Source: Desulfobacterales bacterium
GTDB lineage: Bacteria > Desulfobacterota > Desulfobacteria > Desulfobacterales > G020354645
Direction: 5' to 3'
Length of the DNA stretch: 64,000 nucleotides
Assembly: GCA_050053515.1 (NCBI GenBank)
Contig: JASFTQ010000001.1
Coordinates: forward strand, 4 to 64,003
Positions within the stretch are counted from its first letter, which is position 1. Each line of letters begins with the position of its first letter. Position numbers and translations under genes: made by a program. Shown here piece by piece: positions 51,539-62,407 of this stretch. The notes beneath the pieces are model-generated. The model searched no databases. It saw only the letters and a list, made by a program, of their open reading frames with translations, and was not told where the DNA came from.

Positions 51539-53830
51539 TTAGGGGTGATCTTTTTTTTCATCAATAAGTCTCAGTTCCAGGGGTTTCTGCGTGTCCAGAT
51601 GAACATCACGTTGGGGAAACGCGATTACCAGGCCTGCCTCACGGAAAAGTGCATCGACACGAAAGCGAACACTGCTTTCGATCTTGCGGCGTTCGATGAT
51701 CTGGCGAATACTAATCCAGAAATAAACATCGAAAATCAGTGCGTTATCGCCAAAATCATTAAACAGCACGAAAGGCTCTGGCTCCGGAAGTAGATTTTCA
51801 ATTCCTTTGGTAGCTTCCAAGAGCAGCTTTTTAACACACTCAACCGGAGATCCATAGATGACACCTACGGTTACACGGGTTCGAATTTTTTTATCGGATA
51901 GGGTCCAGTTGGTAATGTTTTTTTCAAGGAAACTGCTGTTGGGTACCAAGATGTGAATATTTTCTCCCGTGCGAACCCTTGTGCTTCGTGCCCCAATATC
52001 TTCAACTTGTCCCAAAATGCCCTCGATCTCAATCAGATCCCCGATGCTGATAGGACGCTCGGCCATTATGATGAATCCGCTGATAAAATTGTTGATCAAA
52101 TTCTGGGCCCCGAAACCCACACCAATGGCGATGGCACCGCCTAAAAATGCAAATGCTGCCACAGGAATATTGACCATACGCAGGGCAAACAGAAAAACAA
52201 GCAGATAGGCTAGAAACAAAAGCATTTTTTGAAAGGCCGAGGCCGTGGTTTCTTTAAGCCGCGCAAAGGAAAGCAGTCGCCGGGTCAGGATGCGAACCAA
52301 ATACTTGGCGATCAGAATGCCGATAATCAGAATAAAAAAAGAAACAATCAGCTTTCTGACCGTTACCGGTCGATTATCGATGACCCAAATCTCAAAATTC
52401 CAAATACTTTGAATTTCATCCCAAATTCGAGAAGCCTTCCGTCCAATGGGAATTTTATCGAGCTTTAATGAAATCTCTTCTACAAGCCGGCTGTCCACCT
52501 GCTCGGTCAACAAAATTGTAGAAATATATTCGAAGCGATGATTTGCCAGTGTTTGCATGGCTCCCAGTTGATTTTCCAAATGGTTTTTAACTTCTGCACC
52601 AAACTCCCCTTCTGCAATTTCTTTTTCGAGGGTGGAAATTTGAGACTGCAAATTGGCCTGGTAATTCTGCTGCAGGGTGATGGCATTTTCGAGGTTTGCA
52701 AGGTAATCCTCGGCTTCCTCATTCCAGCCGGTAAGTTTTTGGGTATCGACTTCCCCCCTGATGAGAGTATGACGCTTTCGGACGGTATCCTCCTGATGCC
52801 CGAGAAGTCTTGATGTATCTTCCATTTGTTCGATGATATTTTGATAGGTTGTATGCCAGGCTTGGCGTGCTTTTAAGGCGGCTTCCGCGATGATTGACTC
52901 ATTTTGATTCCTGGCCATCTTTAATTTTTTTAATGCTTCGAGCCAGGCCTCTTCTGCCTTTTTTTGTTCACGAGTGAGTTTTTCTAAATTTTCGGCCAAC
53001 ACCTTTCTCTTATTGGTAAGTGAGTTGAGCTGCTTTTGCAGGTCGGCTTCGTTAAAGGTAAGGTGGTTACGGACCCAAACTACTTGTTGCAAATATAACT
53101 GTTCCCGAAGCTTTGCGATCTGCAATTCGATTTCTTGGTTTTCCTGAGTTGCCTTCTCCAGGTAAAAGAGGGCTTCAAGATAGTCCTTTTCCGCCTCTGC
53201 CTTTTCAAACCTCCATGCAAGACTCCGGGACACTGCCTCTGGCGGCTGGATCTCAATTTGTTCTTTTAACGTTCGCCACTGTCCCGCCGCTTTTTCAAAC
53301 CGCGAGGTTATATTTTCCGATGATTTTTTCGCAAACTTTACCGCAAAAGCCAAAGTTGATTTCTGCTGTTGGGCGGCCGACAGCTCCCCTAATAGGTTGT
53401 CGTAAAAGCTCAAAAAATAGGGGGGGTCTTGAGAAACGCCTTTCTTTTCTTGAGTAGAAAGTTTTTGCAGTAAAAAATTTTCTTCTTCTTTTAAAGCGAT
53501 TTTCTTTTTTACAGCCGTTAAAAGCTGCATATAGATCGATTGCGTAGCCTCTAATGTCGCAGTTTGTTCCCGAATCTCTTTTAATGAAACCCCCAGCTGA
53601 TTGGCGGATTTTTCGGTCTCCGTCTTTTGGGCTAATAGAATTTTTTCCTTTAACGCCTGTACCTTTTCTTGAATTTCATCTGGCATGGGGAGTTTAAAAT
53701 TTGCACGCTTAGCCGGGAGACCAACAGGTATTTCCTTGACCTGGGCACCAGTTGAATGTGACCAGTTGAAAATAGCGCATAAAAAAGCCAGCCCTATAGC
53801 CATTCGATTCGATAAATCTGAGCATCGCAT
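51539..53830 (-). CDS. MscK/KefA-like mechanosensitive channel with a long periplasmic coiled-coil N-domain
   Basis: 763 aa. A signal peptide is followed by a heptad-rich region of about 440 aa, TM helices and the MscS core (GAQNLINNFISGFIIMAERPISIGDLIEIEGILGQVEDIGARSTRVRT). Confidence 0.85.
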   Translation of the reverse strand: MRCSDLSNRMAIGLAFLCAIFNWSHSTGAQVKEIPVGLPAKRANFKLPMPDEIQEKVQALKEKILLAQKTETEKSANQLGVSLKEIREQTATLEATQSIYMQLLTAVKKKIALKEEENFLLQKLSTQEKKGVSQDPPYFLSFYDNLLGELSAAQQQKSTLAFAVKFAKKSSENITSRFEKAAGQWRTLKEQIEIQPPEAVSRSLAWRFEKAEAEKDYLEALFYLEKATQENQEIELQIAKLREQLYLQQVVWVRNHLTFNEADLQKQLNSLTNKRKVLAENLEKLTREQKKAEEAWLEALKKLKMARNQNESIIAEAALKARQAWHTTYQNIIEQMEDTSRLLGHQEDTVRKRHTLIRGEVDTQKLTGWNEEAEDYLANLENAITLQQNYQANLQSQISTLEKEIAEGEFGAEVKNHLENQLGAMQTLANHRFEYISTILLTEQVDSRLVEEISLKLDKIPIGRKASRIWDEIQSIWNFEIWVIDNRPVTVRKLIVSFFILIIGILIAKYLVRILTRRLLSFARLKETTASAFQKMLLFLAYLLVFLFALRMVNIPVAAFAFLGGAIAIGVGFGAQNLINNFISGFIIMAERPISIGDLIEIEGILGQVEDIGARSTRVRTGENIHILVPNSSFLEKNITNWTLSDKKIRTRVTVGVIYGSPVECVKKLLLEATKGIENLLPEPEPFVLFNDFGDNALIFDVYFWISIRQIIERRKIESSVRFRVDALFREAGLVIAFPQRDVHLDTQKPLELRLIDEKKDHP

Positions 53831-53957
53831 GAGATCAGACTCTTTTCTACGGGTTCTATAAGTTTTTTATCGTAGCCTACATTGAGCGTTTTTTTTCCGG
53901 CCATTGCGAGCAACCGATCCAGTCGGTGGCGAGGCAATCCCAAAAGCCGGGTCGAGT

Positions 53958-56573
53958 TTAGTTTGGACTGTAGTGGTCCACATCGATTTTATTGTCCTTG
54001 AGGTCAACCCGGATGACGTTCCCTTCAGGGATGTCGCCAGCGATCAAGGCCCGACCGATGCGGGTTTCCAGCTCCCTTTGAATATATCTGCGCAGCGGAC
54101 GCGCACCATATACCGGATCATACCCTGATTCAGCAATAAACCGGCGGGCAGCTTCGGTTATTTCCACCTTCACGTGCTGCTCCTCCAGACGTTTAGAGAG
54201 ATCTTGGGTCAACAATCCGACGATTTGTTCAACCTCATCTAGCGTCAAGGGTTTAAATAAAACGATATCATCGACGCGGTTGAGAAATTCCGGGCGAAAT
54301 TGCTGCCTGAGCTCACCCATGACCCTTTTTTTAGCGGATTCTTCGATTTCACCCCGATCCGTGACGCTTTCCAGCAGATAATGGGAGCCGATATTGCTGG
54401 TCATGATGATCACGGTGTTCTTGAAATCAACCGTGCGCCCCTGCCCGTCGGTGAGGCGGCCGTCATCGAAAATTTGCAGCAGCACACCAAACACATCGTG
54501 GTGGGCTTTTTCGATTTCGTCGAACAGAATCACGCAATACGGTTTACGGCGCACGGCTTCAGTCAGTTGCCCGCCTTCTTCATAACCCACATATCCGGGA
54601 GGTGCTCCGAGCAATCGCGATACCGTGTGTTTTTCCATATACTCGCTCATGTCGATGCGCACCATGCTTTCTTCGGAGTCAAACAGCGCTTGGGCCAGGG
54701 TTTTGGCAAGTTCCGTTTTACCCACGCCCGTTGGACCCAGAAAAATGAATGTCCCAATGGGCCGCCGGGGATCCTTAATGCCGGAGCGTGCCCGGATGAC
54801 GGCATCCGCTACCAGTTGGACGGCTTCGTTCTGTCCGATTACCCGTTCATGGAGCACTTCGTCCAGACGCAATATTTTTTCCCGCTCGCCTTCCATCAGC
54901 CGGGAGACCGGAATTCCCGTCCAGCGTGAGATGATTTCGGCGATTTCCTCTTCAGAGACTTCTTCACGAAGCAGGCGTTCGCCCGCATGCCTTTGAGAAA
55001 TCATTTCCTCCTCGGTTTTCATCTGGCGCTCCAGATCAGCCAGCCGTCCGTATTTTAATTCCGCAGCGCGATTGAGATCATACTTTCTTTCGGCCACTTC
55101 GATCTCATGACGAATTTTTTCAATCTCTTCGCGGATGGCCTGGACTTTTTTGATCGCCTCCTTCTCGGTTTCCCATTGAGCGCGCATGGCACTGTTCTTT
55201 TCCCTGAGATCAGCCAGCTCTTTTTGCAGCGTATTGAGCCGATCCTTACTGGAGCGGTCGCGCTCTTTTTTAAGAGCGGCTTCCTCGATTTCCAGCTGCA
55301 TTATCCTGCGGGAAACCTCGTCCAACTCGGTGGGCATGGAGTCGATTTCGGTACGGATCATGGCGCAAGCCTCGTCCACCAGATCAATGGCCTTGTCCGG
55401 TAGAAATCGGTCACTCACGTACCGGTTGGAAAGGGTGGCGGCGGCCACCAGCGCAGCATCCTGGATTTTAACACCGTGATGGACCTCATAGCGCTCCTTG
55501 ATGCCGCGCAGAATGGAAATGGTGTCTTCCACGGTGGGTTCGGACACCACAACGGGTTGAAAACGTCTTTCCAAGGCCTTGTCTTTTTCGATGTATTTGC
55601 GGTATTCATCCAAGGTGGTGGCCCCGATACAGTGCAACTCCCCCCGGGCCAGCATCGGTTTGAGCATGTTGCCGGCATCGATGGCTCCTTCAGCCTTACC
55701 GGCCCCCACGATGGTGTGGAGCTCATCGATAAACAGCAGGATACCGCCTTCAGATTCTTTGATCTCCTGCAACACCGCCTTGAGGCGTTCTTCGAATTCA
55801 CCGCGGTATTTGGCACCGGCTACCAGGGCACCCATATCCAGGGCGAAGATGGATTTATCTTTCAACCCTTCCGGTACGTCCTGGCGCACGATCCGGTGAG
55901 CCAGTCCCTCGGCAATCGCTGTTTTACCGACCCCGGGGTCGCCGATCAGCACCGGATTGTTCTTGGTTTTACGGCTGAGAATCCGGATGACCCTGCGAAT
56001 TTCGCCGTCGCGACCAACCACCGGATCGAGTTTGCCTTTGCGGGCTTCCTGGACCAGATCCCTACCGTATTTCTGTAATGCTTCGTAAGTACCCTCCGGA
56101 TCGGCGCTTGTCACCCGCTGGTGTCCGCGCACCGTGGACAGGGTTTTCAGGAGGGAATCGCGCGTGATGCCAAATTCCTCGAGCACTTTTCCGGACGGCG
56201 TAGTGCCGCCCTCATCAATAAAAGCCAGCAGGATATGCTCTACGGACACATATTCGTCTTTCAGCTTGCGAGCTTCATCCTGGGCTTTGACCAACAGCTT
56301 ATTTAGCCTCTGGGTGACATATACCTTGCCGGGCTCGATGCCGGGACCACTGACGCGCGGCTTTTTTTCAAGCTCCTGTTGCAGCCGACCCCGGAATGAA
56401 TCCACAGGGATTTCCAATCGCTGCAACAGTCGCAGAAAAAGCCCGTCGGACTGCTCTGTCAGAGCCAACAGAAGGTGCTCTCCATCAACCTCCTGGTGGC
56501 CGAAGTTTATGGCCTGGGTTTGAGCCTCCTGCAGAGCTTCTTGTGATTTGATGGTAAATTTGTTGAGATCCAT
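53958..56573 (-). CDS. clpB: ATP-dependent disaggregase ClpB
   Basis: 871 aa. It has the Clp N-domain, two AAA+ modules (GDPGVGKTA and GPTGVGKTE) and a long middle coiled coil. Confidence 0.95.
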   Translation of the reverse strand: MDLNKFTIKSQEALQEAQTQAINFGHQEVDGEHLLLALTEQSDGLFLRLLQRLEIPVDSFRGRLQQELEKKPRVSGPGIEPGKVYVTQRLNKLLVKAQDEARKLKDEYVSVEHILLAFIDEGGTTPSGKVLEEFGITRDSLLKTLSTVRGHQRVTSADPEGTYEALQKYGRDLVQEARKGKLDPVVGRDGEIRRVIRILSRKTKNNPVLIGDPGVGKTAIAEGLAHRIVRQDVPEGLKDKSIFALDMGALVAGAKYRGEFEERLKAVLQEIKESEGGILLFIDELHTIVGAGKAEGAIDAGNMLKPMLARGELHCIGATTLDEYRKYIEKDKALERRFQPVVVSEPTVEDTISILRGIKERYEVHHGVKIQDAALVAAATLSNRYVSDRFLPDKAIDLVDEACAMIRTEIDSMPTELDEVSRRIMQLEIEEAALKKERDRSSKDRLNTLQKELADLREKNSAMRAQWETEKEAIKKVQAIREEIEKIRHEIEVAERKYDLNRAAELKYGRLADLERQMKTEEEMISQRHAGERLLREEVSEEEIAEIISRWTGIPVSRLMEGEREKILRLDEVLHERVIGQNEAVQLVADAVIRARSGIKDPRRPIGTFIFLGPTGVGKTELAKTLAQALFDSEESMVRIDMSEYMEKHTVSRLLGAPPGYVGYEEGGQLTEAVRRKPYCVILFDEIEKAHHDVFGVLLQIFDDGRLTDGQGRTVDFKNTVIIMTSNIGSHYLLESVTDRGEIEESAKKRVMGELRQQFRPEFLNRVDDIVLFKPLTLDEVEQIVGLLTQDLSKRLEEQHVKVEITEAARRFIAESGYDPVYGARPLRRYIQRELETRIGRALIAGDIPEGNVIRVDLKDNKIDVDHYSPN

Positions 56574-56597
56574 TGTTGTAACCTCCTGAAAAGTAGC

Positions 56598-56731
56598 TAA
56601 ACCTGTTTTTCCAGTTCGCGAATGCTGGCTTCCAGCTCCTCGATGCGGTCCAACAGGTCCAGGACCTCACCGATGCCGGAATAATTGATGCCCAGGTCAT
56701 TTCGAAGTCTTAAAATTCTTTCACTATTTGA
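56598..56731 (-). pseudogene. relic of a MerR-type heat-shock regulator / chaperone modulator (HspR/CbpM/DafA-like), C-terminal part only
   Basis: This open frame has no start codon. It translates to [44 protein letters not shown] and ends 24 nt before the clpB ATG. The pattern RL..DLG.N..G......LLDR...L resembles C-termini of HspR/CbpM-type proteins, which in several bacteria sit directly upstream of clpB. I could find no HTH-encoding 5' part. Confidence 0.4.
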
Positions 56732-56885
56732 TCATATATCTTTACATGATTTATTGGTTTTTAACCCCGGCAGGCATATTTAGTCAAGATAGGTTTTACT
56801 CTCAATACACCATCTTATGTGATTAACATTCGTTATTTCATTATTCCACAATTACACCCTGCCAACATTTCCTCCAGGGCTGAGG

Positions 56886-57185
56886 TTATAGTGATTGTCA
56901 AAATGATGTTCCGATAGCCCGAGGTGCAGGCTGGGGGTAAATTTTTATCGACAAGCTGATTTCCCCGGTGATGCTAAGCGACAAAGGGTTGTTGCTGCCT
57001 GGTTGGGCAAACAGCGGTGAGTCTTTGTGTTAACCACAATACTCTGGTAACTGGCAGGGGGGGGCAATTGATAGGAAGTGGCCATTTCCAAGCCAATGGG
57101 GCAGTATTTGTGCATCTTGACGACAAAAATTTACCCCCTGCCGACACCTCGGGCAGTCATAATGTTATTTTGACAAGCACTATAA
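56886..57185. mobile_element. MITE-like element, family B, copy 2
   Basis: It is about 300 bp and collinear with 38594-38899 in the same orientation. The arms are TTATAGTGATTGTCAAAATGATGTT...GGGGGTAAATTTTTATCGACAAGCTGAT and ...CTTGACGACAAAAATTTACCCCC...TTTTGACAAGCACTATAA. Confidence 0.65.
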
Positions 57186-57259
57186 AAGCAGCCGGGTTTG
57201 ATAACGACGATGATGGATGAAAGTCACAAAAGGAGGGGGCTAAGGTTATGTTGGATTAT

Positions 57260-59545
57260 TTAGAATTCCATTTCATCCAATGCTTTGCGAACACCAGTGA
57301 CCGTGGTTTCAGACAGGAGCCGTTTTGCAAAAGTTTCAGCATCTGATAACCTGAGGCTCGCAATGAACTTCTGTATGCCCGGCAGAAACCCTGGATATAC
57401 GCTGAGACTGCGTATTCCAATACCAAGTAAAAATGGAATATAATCCGTTTCATGAGCCATCTCACCACACACCGAAAGCTCCTTTTTTTGCTTTTTTGCC
57501 GCCCGAGCTGTTTTTGCAAGCCCTCTTAGGACTGCCGGATGGTAGGGTCGGTAATAGTGGGCTACTTTTTCATTGCCCCGATCGACTGCCAGCATGTACT
57601 GAATAAAATCGTTTGTGCCGATCGATAGAAAATCGACCGCGTTTGCAAGTTCATCGATGATTTCCAGCACGCAGGGCAGCTCGATCATCGCTCCGATCCG
57701 GGGTTTGGGGTGATGGGCTAGATCTTCACGCTGCAAGGCGTCGATGCAATCATAAACCTCACGTTGTGCCTCCTGGTACTCATCCAACGAAGAAATCATG
57801 GGAAACATAATGCTCACTGTTTCCGTTTCTGAACCGGCCCTTAAGATTGCCCGCAGTTGTTGGCGGAACATCTCGCGGTGGTACAGGGTAAAACGTATGG
57901 CTCTGAGTCCGAGATCAGGATTGTCCTCTTGCGGGGTGGCTGCATATGCCGGCATTTTTTTGCCGCCGAGATCCAGGGTCCGAATCGTTACATTTTTTCC
58001 CCGCATACCATCAAACAGCTGTTTATAGACAATATATTGTTCTTCTTCAGAAGGAACGGATGATCGAATCAGAAACGGAAATTCGCTCCTGTACAACCCT
58101 ACTCCCTCGGCTTTCAATTCTCTGGCAAGCGAGAGGTCCCGCAGAATATTGACGTTTGCCAGAAGTTGAATGCGAACCCCGTCTTTTGTGTGGGTTTTGG
58201 AAGACATGGATTTGGCCGCGACCGTGGTATCCAAGGGTAATGGTTTTTGAGGCGCATACTCATGGATAATTGATTCAGAAGGATTGATGTATATTTCACC
58301 AACGCCGGCATCCATGATTAAATGCGTGTTGAAGGGCAAATCCAATAGCTCCTGCCGATCAGCAACAATCATTGGAATTTGTAAGGACTGGGCTAAAATT
58401 GAGACGTGTGATGTGATTCCGCCATGTAATAAAATAATTCCCTTAACTCCCTCGGATGCCAGTTTAAGAACATCGGAGGGATATAACTCCCGCGCAATAA
58501 CAATCCGATTTTCACCCCAAAGTGATATATCATGCTCACCCGGCTCGAAATTTTCCAGAATCCGTCCGGCAAGGTCCTTAACATCATTGGCTTTTTCCCT
58601 GATGTGGACGAAAGGACTTTCCGAGAATAATTTGACGTAGCGCTCGGCGACCAATTTGACAGCCGCCATTGGAGCCGTACCTTCCCGGATCAGATTTTCC
58701 ATCTGATTTACAAACCGAACATCTTTCAGAATCATTAAATGAGCCGTAAAAATAAGGGAGGCACTCTCCGGCATTTGATGGACGAATCGTGCCTGGAGTT
58801 CTGTGATTTGATCGACCGTGGCGCGAATTGCACGATGAAAGTCTTTAAGGGTATACTTGAAATCGTATTCAACGTTTGGGTCGAGCAACATGTCATAAAC
58901 TCTATCGATTACGATAACCGTTGCATGGGCATAACCCGGGGAAGCAACCTGACCTTTGATTATCTGGAGATCATCAGGAATTGGTTTTTTGATGTACTTA
59001 TCCTTTTTCCGGCCGAGGTCTTTTAAAAGTCGTGCATTACCGACCACGCCTGCCAGTTGTGAGGCAATGGCTCGCATGACGATAATATCAAGTTCATCAA
59101 AATGATCGCTCTTCTCATGCTGGACCACCAAAACGCCAATTTTCTCTAGACCCCTGAGAATCGGCACCGACAGAAAAGATTTGAATCGATCCTCATGGGC
59201 TTCCGTAAAATATTTGAATTTTGGATTGCGGTCCGCAAAGGCTTCTATTGTCGGCTCGAGTTTCTCCAAGGTAAGTCCCACCAAGCCTTCGCCAATTTTC
59301 ATTCGAATCTTGCCAATCGCTTCCGGGTTCAGCCCCCTGGTGGCAGTTAAAATCAGCTCACGGGATGGATCATCATAAAGATAGATAGAGCAGACATCGG
59401 CATCCATATGCCCGGCAACCATTTCTACGGTACGCTGCAGAAAGGTTTCAATGTTTTCGCTGCCTGTCAGCAATGCGGCAAGTTCCCCGATATCGCAAAC
59501 CAGGCTAAGGTGGGCATGATCCTTTTTTATTATGGTACGATCCAT
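57260..59545 (-). CDS. ptsP: GAF-domain phosphoenolpyruvate-protein phosphotransferase (EI-Ntr)
   Basis: 761 aa. It has an N-terminal GAF domain and the EI core with the phospho-His region LLHGGITSHVSILAQSL, GTNDFIQY and the active Cys in LSVCGEMA. Confidence 0.9.
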   Translation of the reverse strand: MDRTIIKKDHAHLSLVCDIGELAALLTGSENIETFLQRTVEMVAGHMDADVCSIYLYDDPSRELILTATRGLNPEAIGKIRMKIGEGLVGLTLEKLEPTIEAFADRNPKFKYFTEAHEDRFKSFLSVPILRGLEKIGVLVVQHEKSDHFDELDIIVMRAIASQLAGVVGNARLLKDLGRKKDKYIKKPIPDDLQIIKGQVASPGYAHATVIVIDRVYDMLLDPNVEYDFKYTLKDFHRAIRATVDQITELQARFVHQMPESASLIFTAHLMILKDVRFVNQMENLIREGTAPMAAVKLVAERYVKLFSESPFVHIREKANDVKDLAGRILENFEPGEHDISLWGENRIVIARELYPSDVLKLASEGVKGIILLHGGITSHVSILAQSLQIPMIVADRQELLDLPFNTHLIMDAGVGEIYINPSESIIHEYAPQKPLPLDTTVAAKSMSSKTHTKDGVRIQLLANVNILRDLSLARELKAEGVGLYRSEFPFLIRSSVPSEEEQYIVYKQLFDGMRGKNVTIRTLDLGGKKMPAYAATPQEDNPDLGLRAIRFTLYHREMFRQQLRAILRAGSETETVSIMFPMISSLDEYQEAQREVYDCIDALQREDLAHHPKPRIGAMIELPCVLEIIDELANAVDFLSIGTNDFIQYMLAVDRGNEKVAHYYRPYHPAVLRGLAKTARAAKKQKKELSVCGEMAHETDYIPFLLGIGIRSLSVYPGFLPGIQKFIASLRLSDAETFAKRLLSETTVTGVRKALDEMEF

Positions 59546-60474
59546 ACGGCCATGTCGGTGCAGTCTTCGATTACTTTGCGGGTAATGCTGCCCATGGTGA
59601 ATTCGGCCTCATTGGAAACGCCGCGTCTACCCATAACAATGGTGCCGCATTCGTGACGTTTCGCTTCGCGAAGGATGTCTTTTGCCGGTCTGCGGCTTCC
59701 ATCGGCAACCCTTGCCGAAATCAGAGCTGCATCGACGCCCGCATCTATCAGCGTCTGATGGGCTTTTTTCATATAGGGGGTGATCTCCTCTTCGGCGGTT
59801 TGCTGCCAGAGTTCTTCAAGCTCTGAAGCCCCTTCAAATATCTCTTTGGGGATAAACCGGTTGAGATTTCGTTTGCTGTGAAAAAAGTGAATTTTGCAAG
59901 TGGTTGCGGAAAGCATAAATCCGGCATGATCCACCGCCCGCAGGGTATTTTCTGAGCAATCCAGGGCAATAAGGATGTTTTTGGCTTTGACGGATCCTTT
60001 TATCATCCAGATCGGACACCCGCGACAGAGTTCCAGTACCTTGTTCGAGACCTCCCCCATAAATAAAGCCTCCAGGCGACTTTTTCCCCGGGTTGTCATT
60101 AGAACCGTATCCGCCTTTTTTTCATGCACCCAGGTGCAGATGTCCCGGGCAACCCCCACCTCTTTGTTACGGAAAGTGGTGTGAATGGATTTGTCACTAC
60201 AGCCTTTGGTTATCAGTCTTGTTTTGGCCTCATGAAGGATATGTTCGGCAAGTTCAATATTGTTCTTTTCAATTTTTTTCAGCTGCGCTGCCGTTTGCCG
60301 GTTTTTTTTGCTTTCCTCGACCAGAATAGGCGGCAATGCAGGCAATATGTAAAGTAAGGATAGATTTATCCTGTGACCCGATTCATACAAAAGTTTTATA
60401 TAGTCTACGGAATGCAGGGCGTTTTTAGAACCATCAACTGGTACTGCAATCATTTTACTTGTTTCCGTTTCCAT
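59530..60474 (-). CDS. universal stress protein with tandem USP domains
   Basis: 314 aa with two USP domains. The second has the ATP motif MGRRGVSNEAEFTMGSITRKV. It overlaps the ptsP start by 16 nt. Confidence 0.85.
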   Translation of the reverse strand: METETSKMIAVPVDGSKNALHSVDYIKLLYESGHRINLSLLYILPALPPILVEESKKNRQTAAQLKKIEKNNIELAEHILHEAKTRLITKGCSDKSIHTTFRNKEVGVARDICTWVHEKKADTVLMTTRGKSRLEALFMGEVSNKVLELCRGCPIWMIKGSVKAKNILIALDCSENTLRAVDHAGFMLSATTCKIHFFHSKRNLNRFIPKEIFEGASELEELWQQTAEEEITPYMKKAHQTLIDAGVDAALISARVADGSRRPAKDILREAKRHECGTIVMGRRGVSNEAEFTMGSITRKVIEDCTDMAVWIVP

Positions 60475-60507
60475 GCGGTTGACCCCCTCATTTTGCTTTT
60501 ATTAATT

Positions 60508-60633
60508 CAGGGGTCGGGGTATTTTTTTCACGGCAAGATGCCGGGTTGTTGCCTGCCAAGCCTGACAGCAGCAACTGCCTTACATTTTACGGTCGGTTGT
60601 TTAAAACTTTTACTCCAAAACACCCCGACCCCT
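60508..60633. mobile_element. MITE-like element, family A, copy 3 (internally deleted)
   Basis: 126 bp. The first ~80 bp match 48218-48300 and the last ~20 bp match the other terminus. The central part is missing. TTAATT is present on both flanks (60502-60507 and 60635-60640). Confidence 0.65.
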
Positions 60634-60718
60634 TTTAATTATCCTATGACGATCATATCCGTCTAAAAACCATTTTCCAGATGAGTATGAGCTATTACAG
60701 TTTATCCGATTCCAAATT

Positions 60719-62344
60719 TTAAAGAATGAAATCAGTTGATAAAAAGTTTGATTTATGTCCCCGCACGATATCCTTAATAATTCTTTTATTGGTTTCGACT
60801 CCCTTGGTTGCGACCAGGGTGCGAATTGAAAAAACCCGCAAAGCATCTGAAACCGAAAGAGTGCCTTCCGCTGAATCCTTCCGGCCGGTGAAGGGAAAAG
60901 TATCCGGCCCCCGCTGGCATTGGCTGTTGATATTTACCCGACAGACCTGGTTTACCAGAGGATCAATAAGGTCTGCGATCATATCGGGGTCATTCCCGAA
61001 AATACTGATTTGCTGTCCATAATCGGATGATACAACATATTGCACGGGGGTTTCGATATCATCAAAGGAAAGCACCGGAATTACCGGACCGAATTGTTCT
61101 TCGTTGTAGATCCGCATCTTTTCGTTGACGGGATATAAAAGTGCCGGGTAAAAAAATGAGTTGTTTACCGTTCCTCCCGCAGGGTTAATAACTTTAGCAC
61201 CCGTTTGGATCGCATCCTGAACCAAATCACTTAAATAAGCCGGTTTGTCCGGTTCCGGCAAAGGTGTGATAAAAACGTCGTCTTGCCATGGCATGCCAAA
61301 CCTTAAATTGTTAATTGTCCTTGAAAAACGATCCAGAAAGTCATCCGCAATTTTAGCATGTATGAATACTATTTTTATAGCGGTGCAGCGCTGGCCGTTG
61401 AAGGAGAGGCAACCCAGTATGCATTCGCGCACCGTAAAATCCAGGTCGGCATCCGGCAATATAATCGCGGCATTTTTAGCTTCCATCCCAAGGACGCACC
61501 TCAGTCGGTGTGGTTTCGGATGCTGCCTGCGAAGGATATTTGCAGCCTTGCTGGTGCCGATAAAGGCCAGGACATTGATAAGACCCGAGGACATCAGTGG
61601 CGGCAGAATCTCGCGACCCTCACCAAATACAATATTGGCCACCCCTTTTGGAAATGATTTTTGGAAAGCTTTCAAAAGCGGCTGATACAACAGGGCACCA
61701 TGTTTGGGTGGTTTGAATATAACAGTGTTACCCATGATCAATGCCGGAATGAGAGTGGCAAAAGTTTCATTCAGGGGATAATTATATGGACCCAAACAAA
61801 GGACGACACCGAGCGGAGCCCTACGAATTTGGCCGATAATTCCTTCTTCGATGACAAATCTGGATGAAATTCGATCGAGTTCTTTGAGGGCATCGATGGT
61901 GTCTTGGACATAAGTGACGGTGCGATCAAATTCTTTTTGCGAATCCGAGAAGGATTTTCCCACCTCCCACATTAAAAGATTAACAACTTCTTCTTTTCGC
62001 GAATTCATTTGGAAAATAAATTCCTGCAGATGGGAGATTCTCTCGGCGACGGTCATGGTCGGCCAAATCCCACGGCCGTTATCGTAGGCCTTCACCGCAG
62101 AATCCAGAATATCATTGGCTATGCGTTGCGACATTAGGGGGTAGCTGCCGATACGAATGGCTGAAGCACCCGAGCCGTGCTTCACACAGACGGGGGATAA
62201 AACCTCTTGAACAGGACCCTGCCAGATTTTCAGGTCATTGTCTTGAAGGTAATGGATATTTTCAACGGGTATGTTGAAAGTGAATTGAGATGGGATTTCT
62301 TCATCAGAGGGGAACACATTTTCAATATTTTCGATCAGGGACAT
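60719..62344 (-). CDS. aldehyde dehydrogenase family protein (GapN-like, non-phosphorylating)
   Basis: ALDH blocks are FKPPKHGAL, the catalytic Glu region LGMEAKNAAIILPDAD, the catalytic Cys in FNGQRCTAIK, and EEQFGPVIPV. I prefer ATG 62344, preceded by GGAGAGGAGAG, over the track start at 62383. Confidence 0.8.
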   Translation of the reverse strand: MSLIENIENVFPSDEEIPSQFTFNIPVENIHYLQDNDLKIWQGPVQEVLSPVCVKHGSGASAIRIGSYPLMSQRIANDILDSAVKAYDNGRGIWPTMTVAERISHLQEFIFQMNSRKEEVVNLLMWEVGKSFSDSQKEFDRTVTYVQDTIDALKELDRISSRFVIEEGIIGQIRRAPLGVVLCLGPYNYPLNETFATLIPALIMGNTVIFKPPKHGALLYQPLLKAFQKSFPKGVANIVFGEGREILPPLMSSGLINVLAFIGTSKAANILRRQHPKPHRLRCVLGMEAKNAAIILPDADLDFTVRECILGCLSFNGQRCTAIKIVFIHAKIADDFLDRFSRTINNLRFGMPWQDDVFITPLPEPDKPAYLSDLVQDAIQTGAKVINPAGGTVNNSFFYPALLYPVNEKMRIYNEEQFGPVIPVLSFDDIETPVQYVVSSDYGQQISIFGNDPDMIADLIDPLVNQVCRVNINSQCQRGPDTFPFTGRKDSAEGTLSVSDALRVFSIRTLVATKGVETNKRIIKDIVRGHKSNFLSTDFIL

Positions 62345-62407
62345 GCTATCTCTCCTCTCCCTCATAGCCTTTACATTCACCATGGCAGTGCGAGACTCAA
62401 GACGGCC

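Noticed and set aside
54300-54929. Long antisense or alternative-frame ORFs inside large genes. Examples are 5556-6014, 9849-10292, 16553-16975, 17673-18137, 18153-18638, 39828-40652, 49585-50172, 54300-54929 and 55476-56078.
   Set aside because: They are shadow ORFs opposite or overlapping well-supported conserved genes. Their translations are low-complexity with no recognisable motifs.
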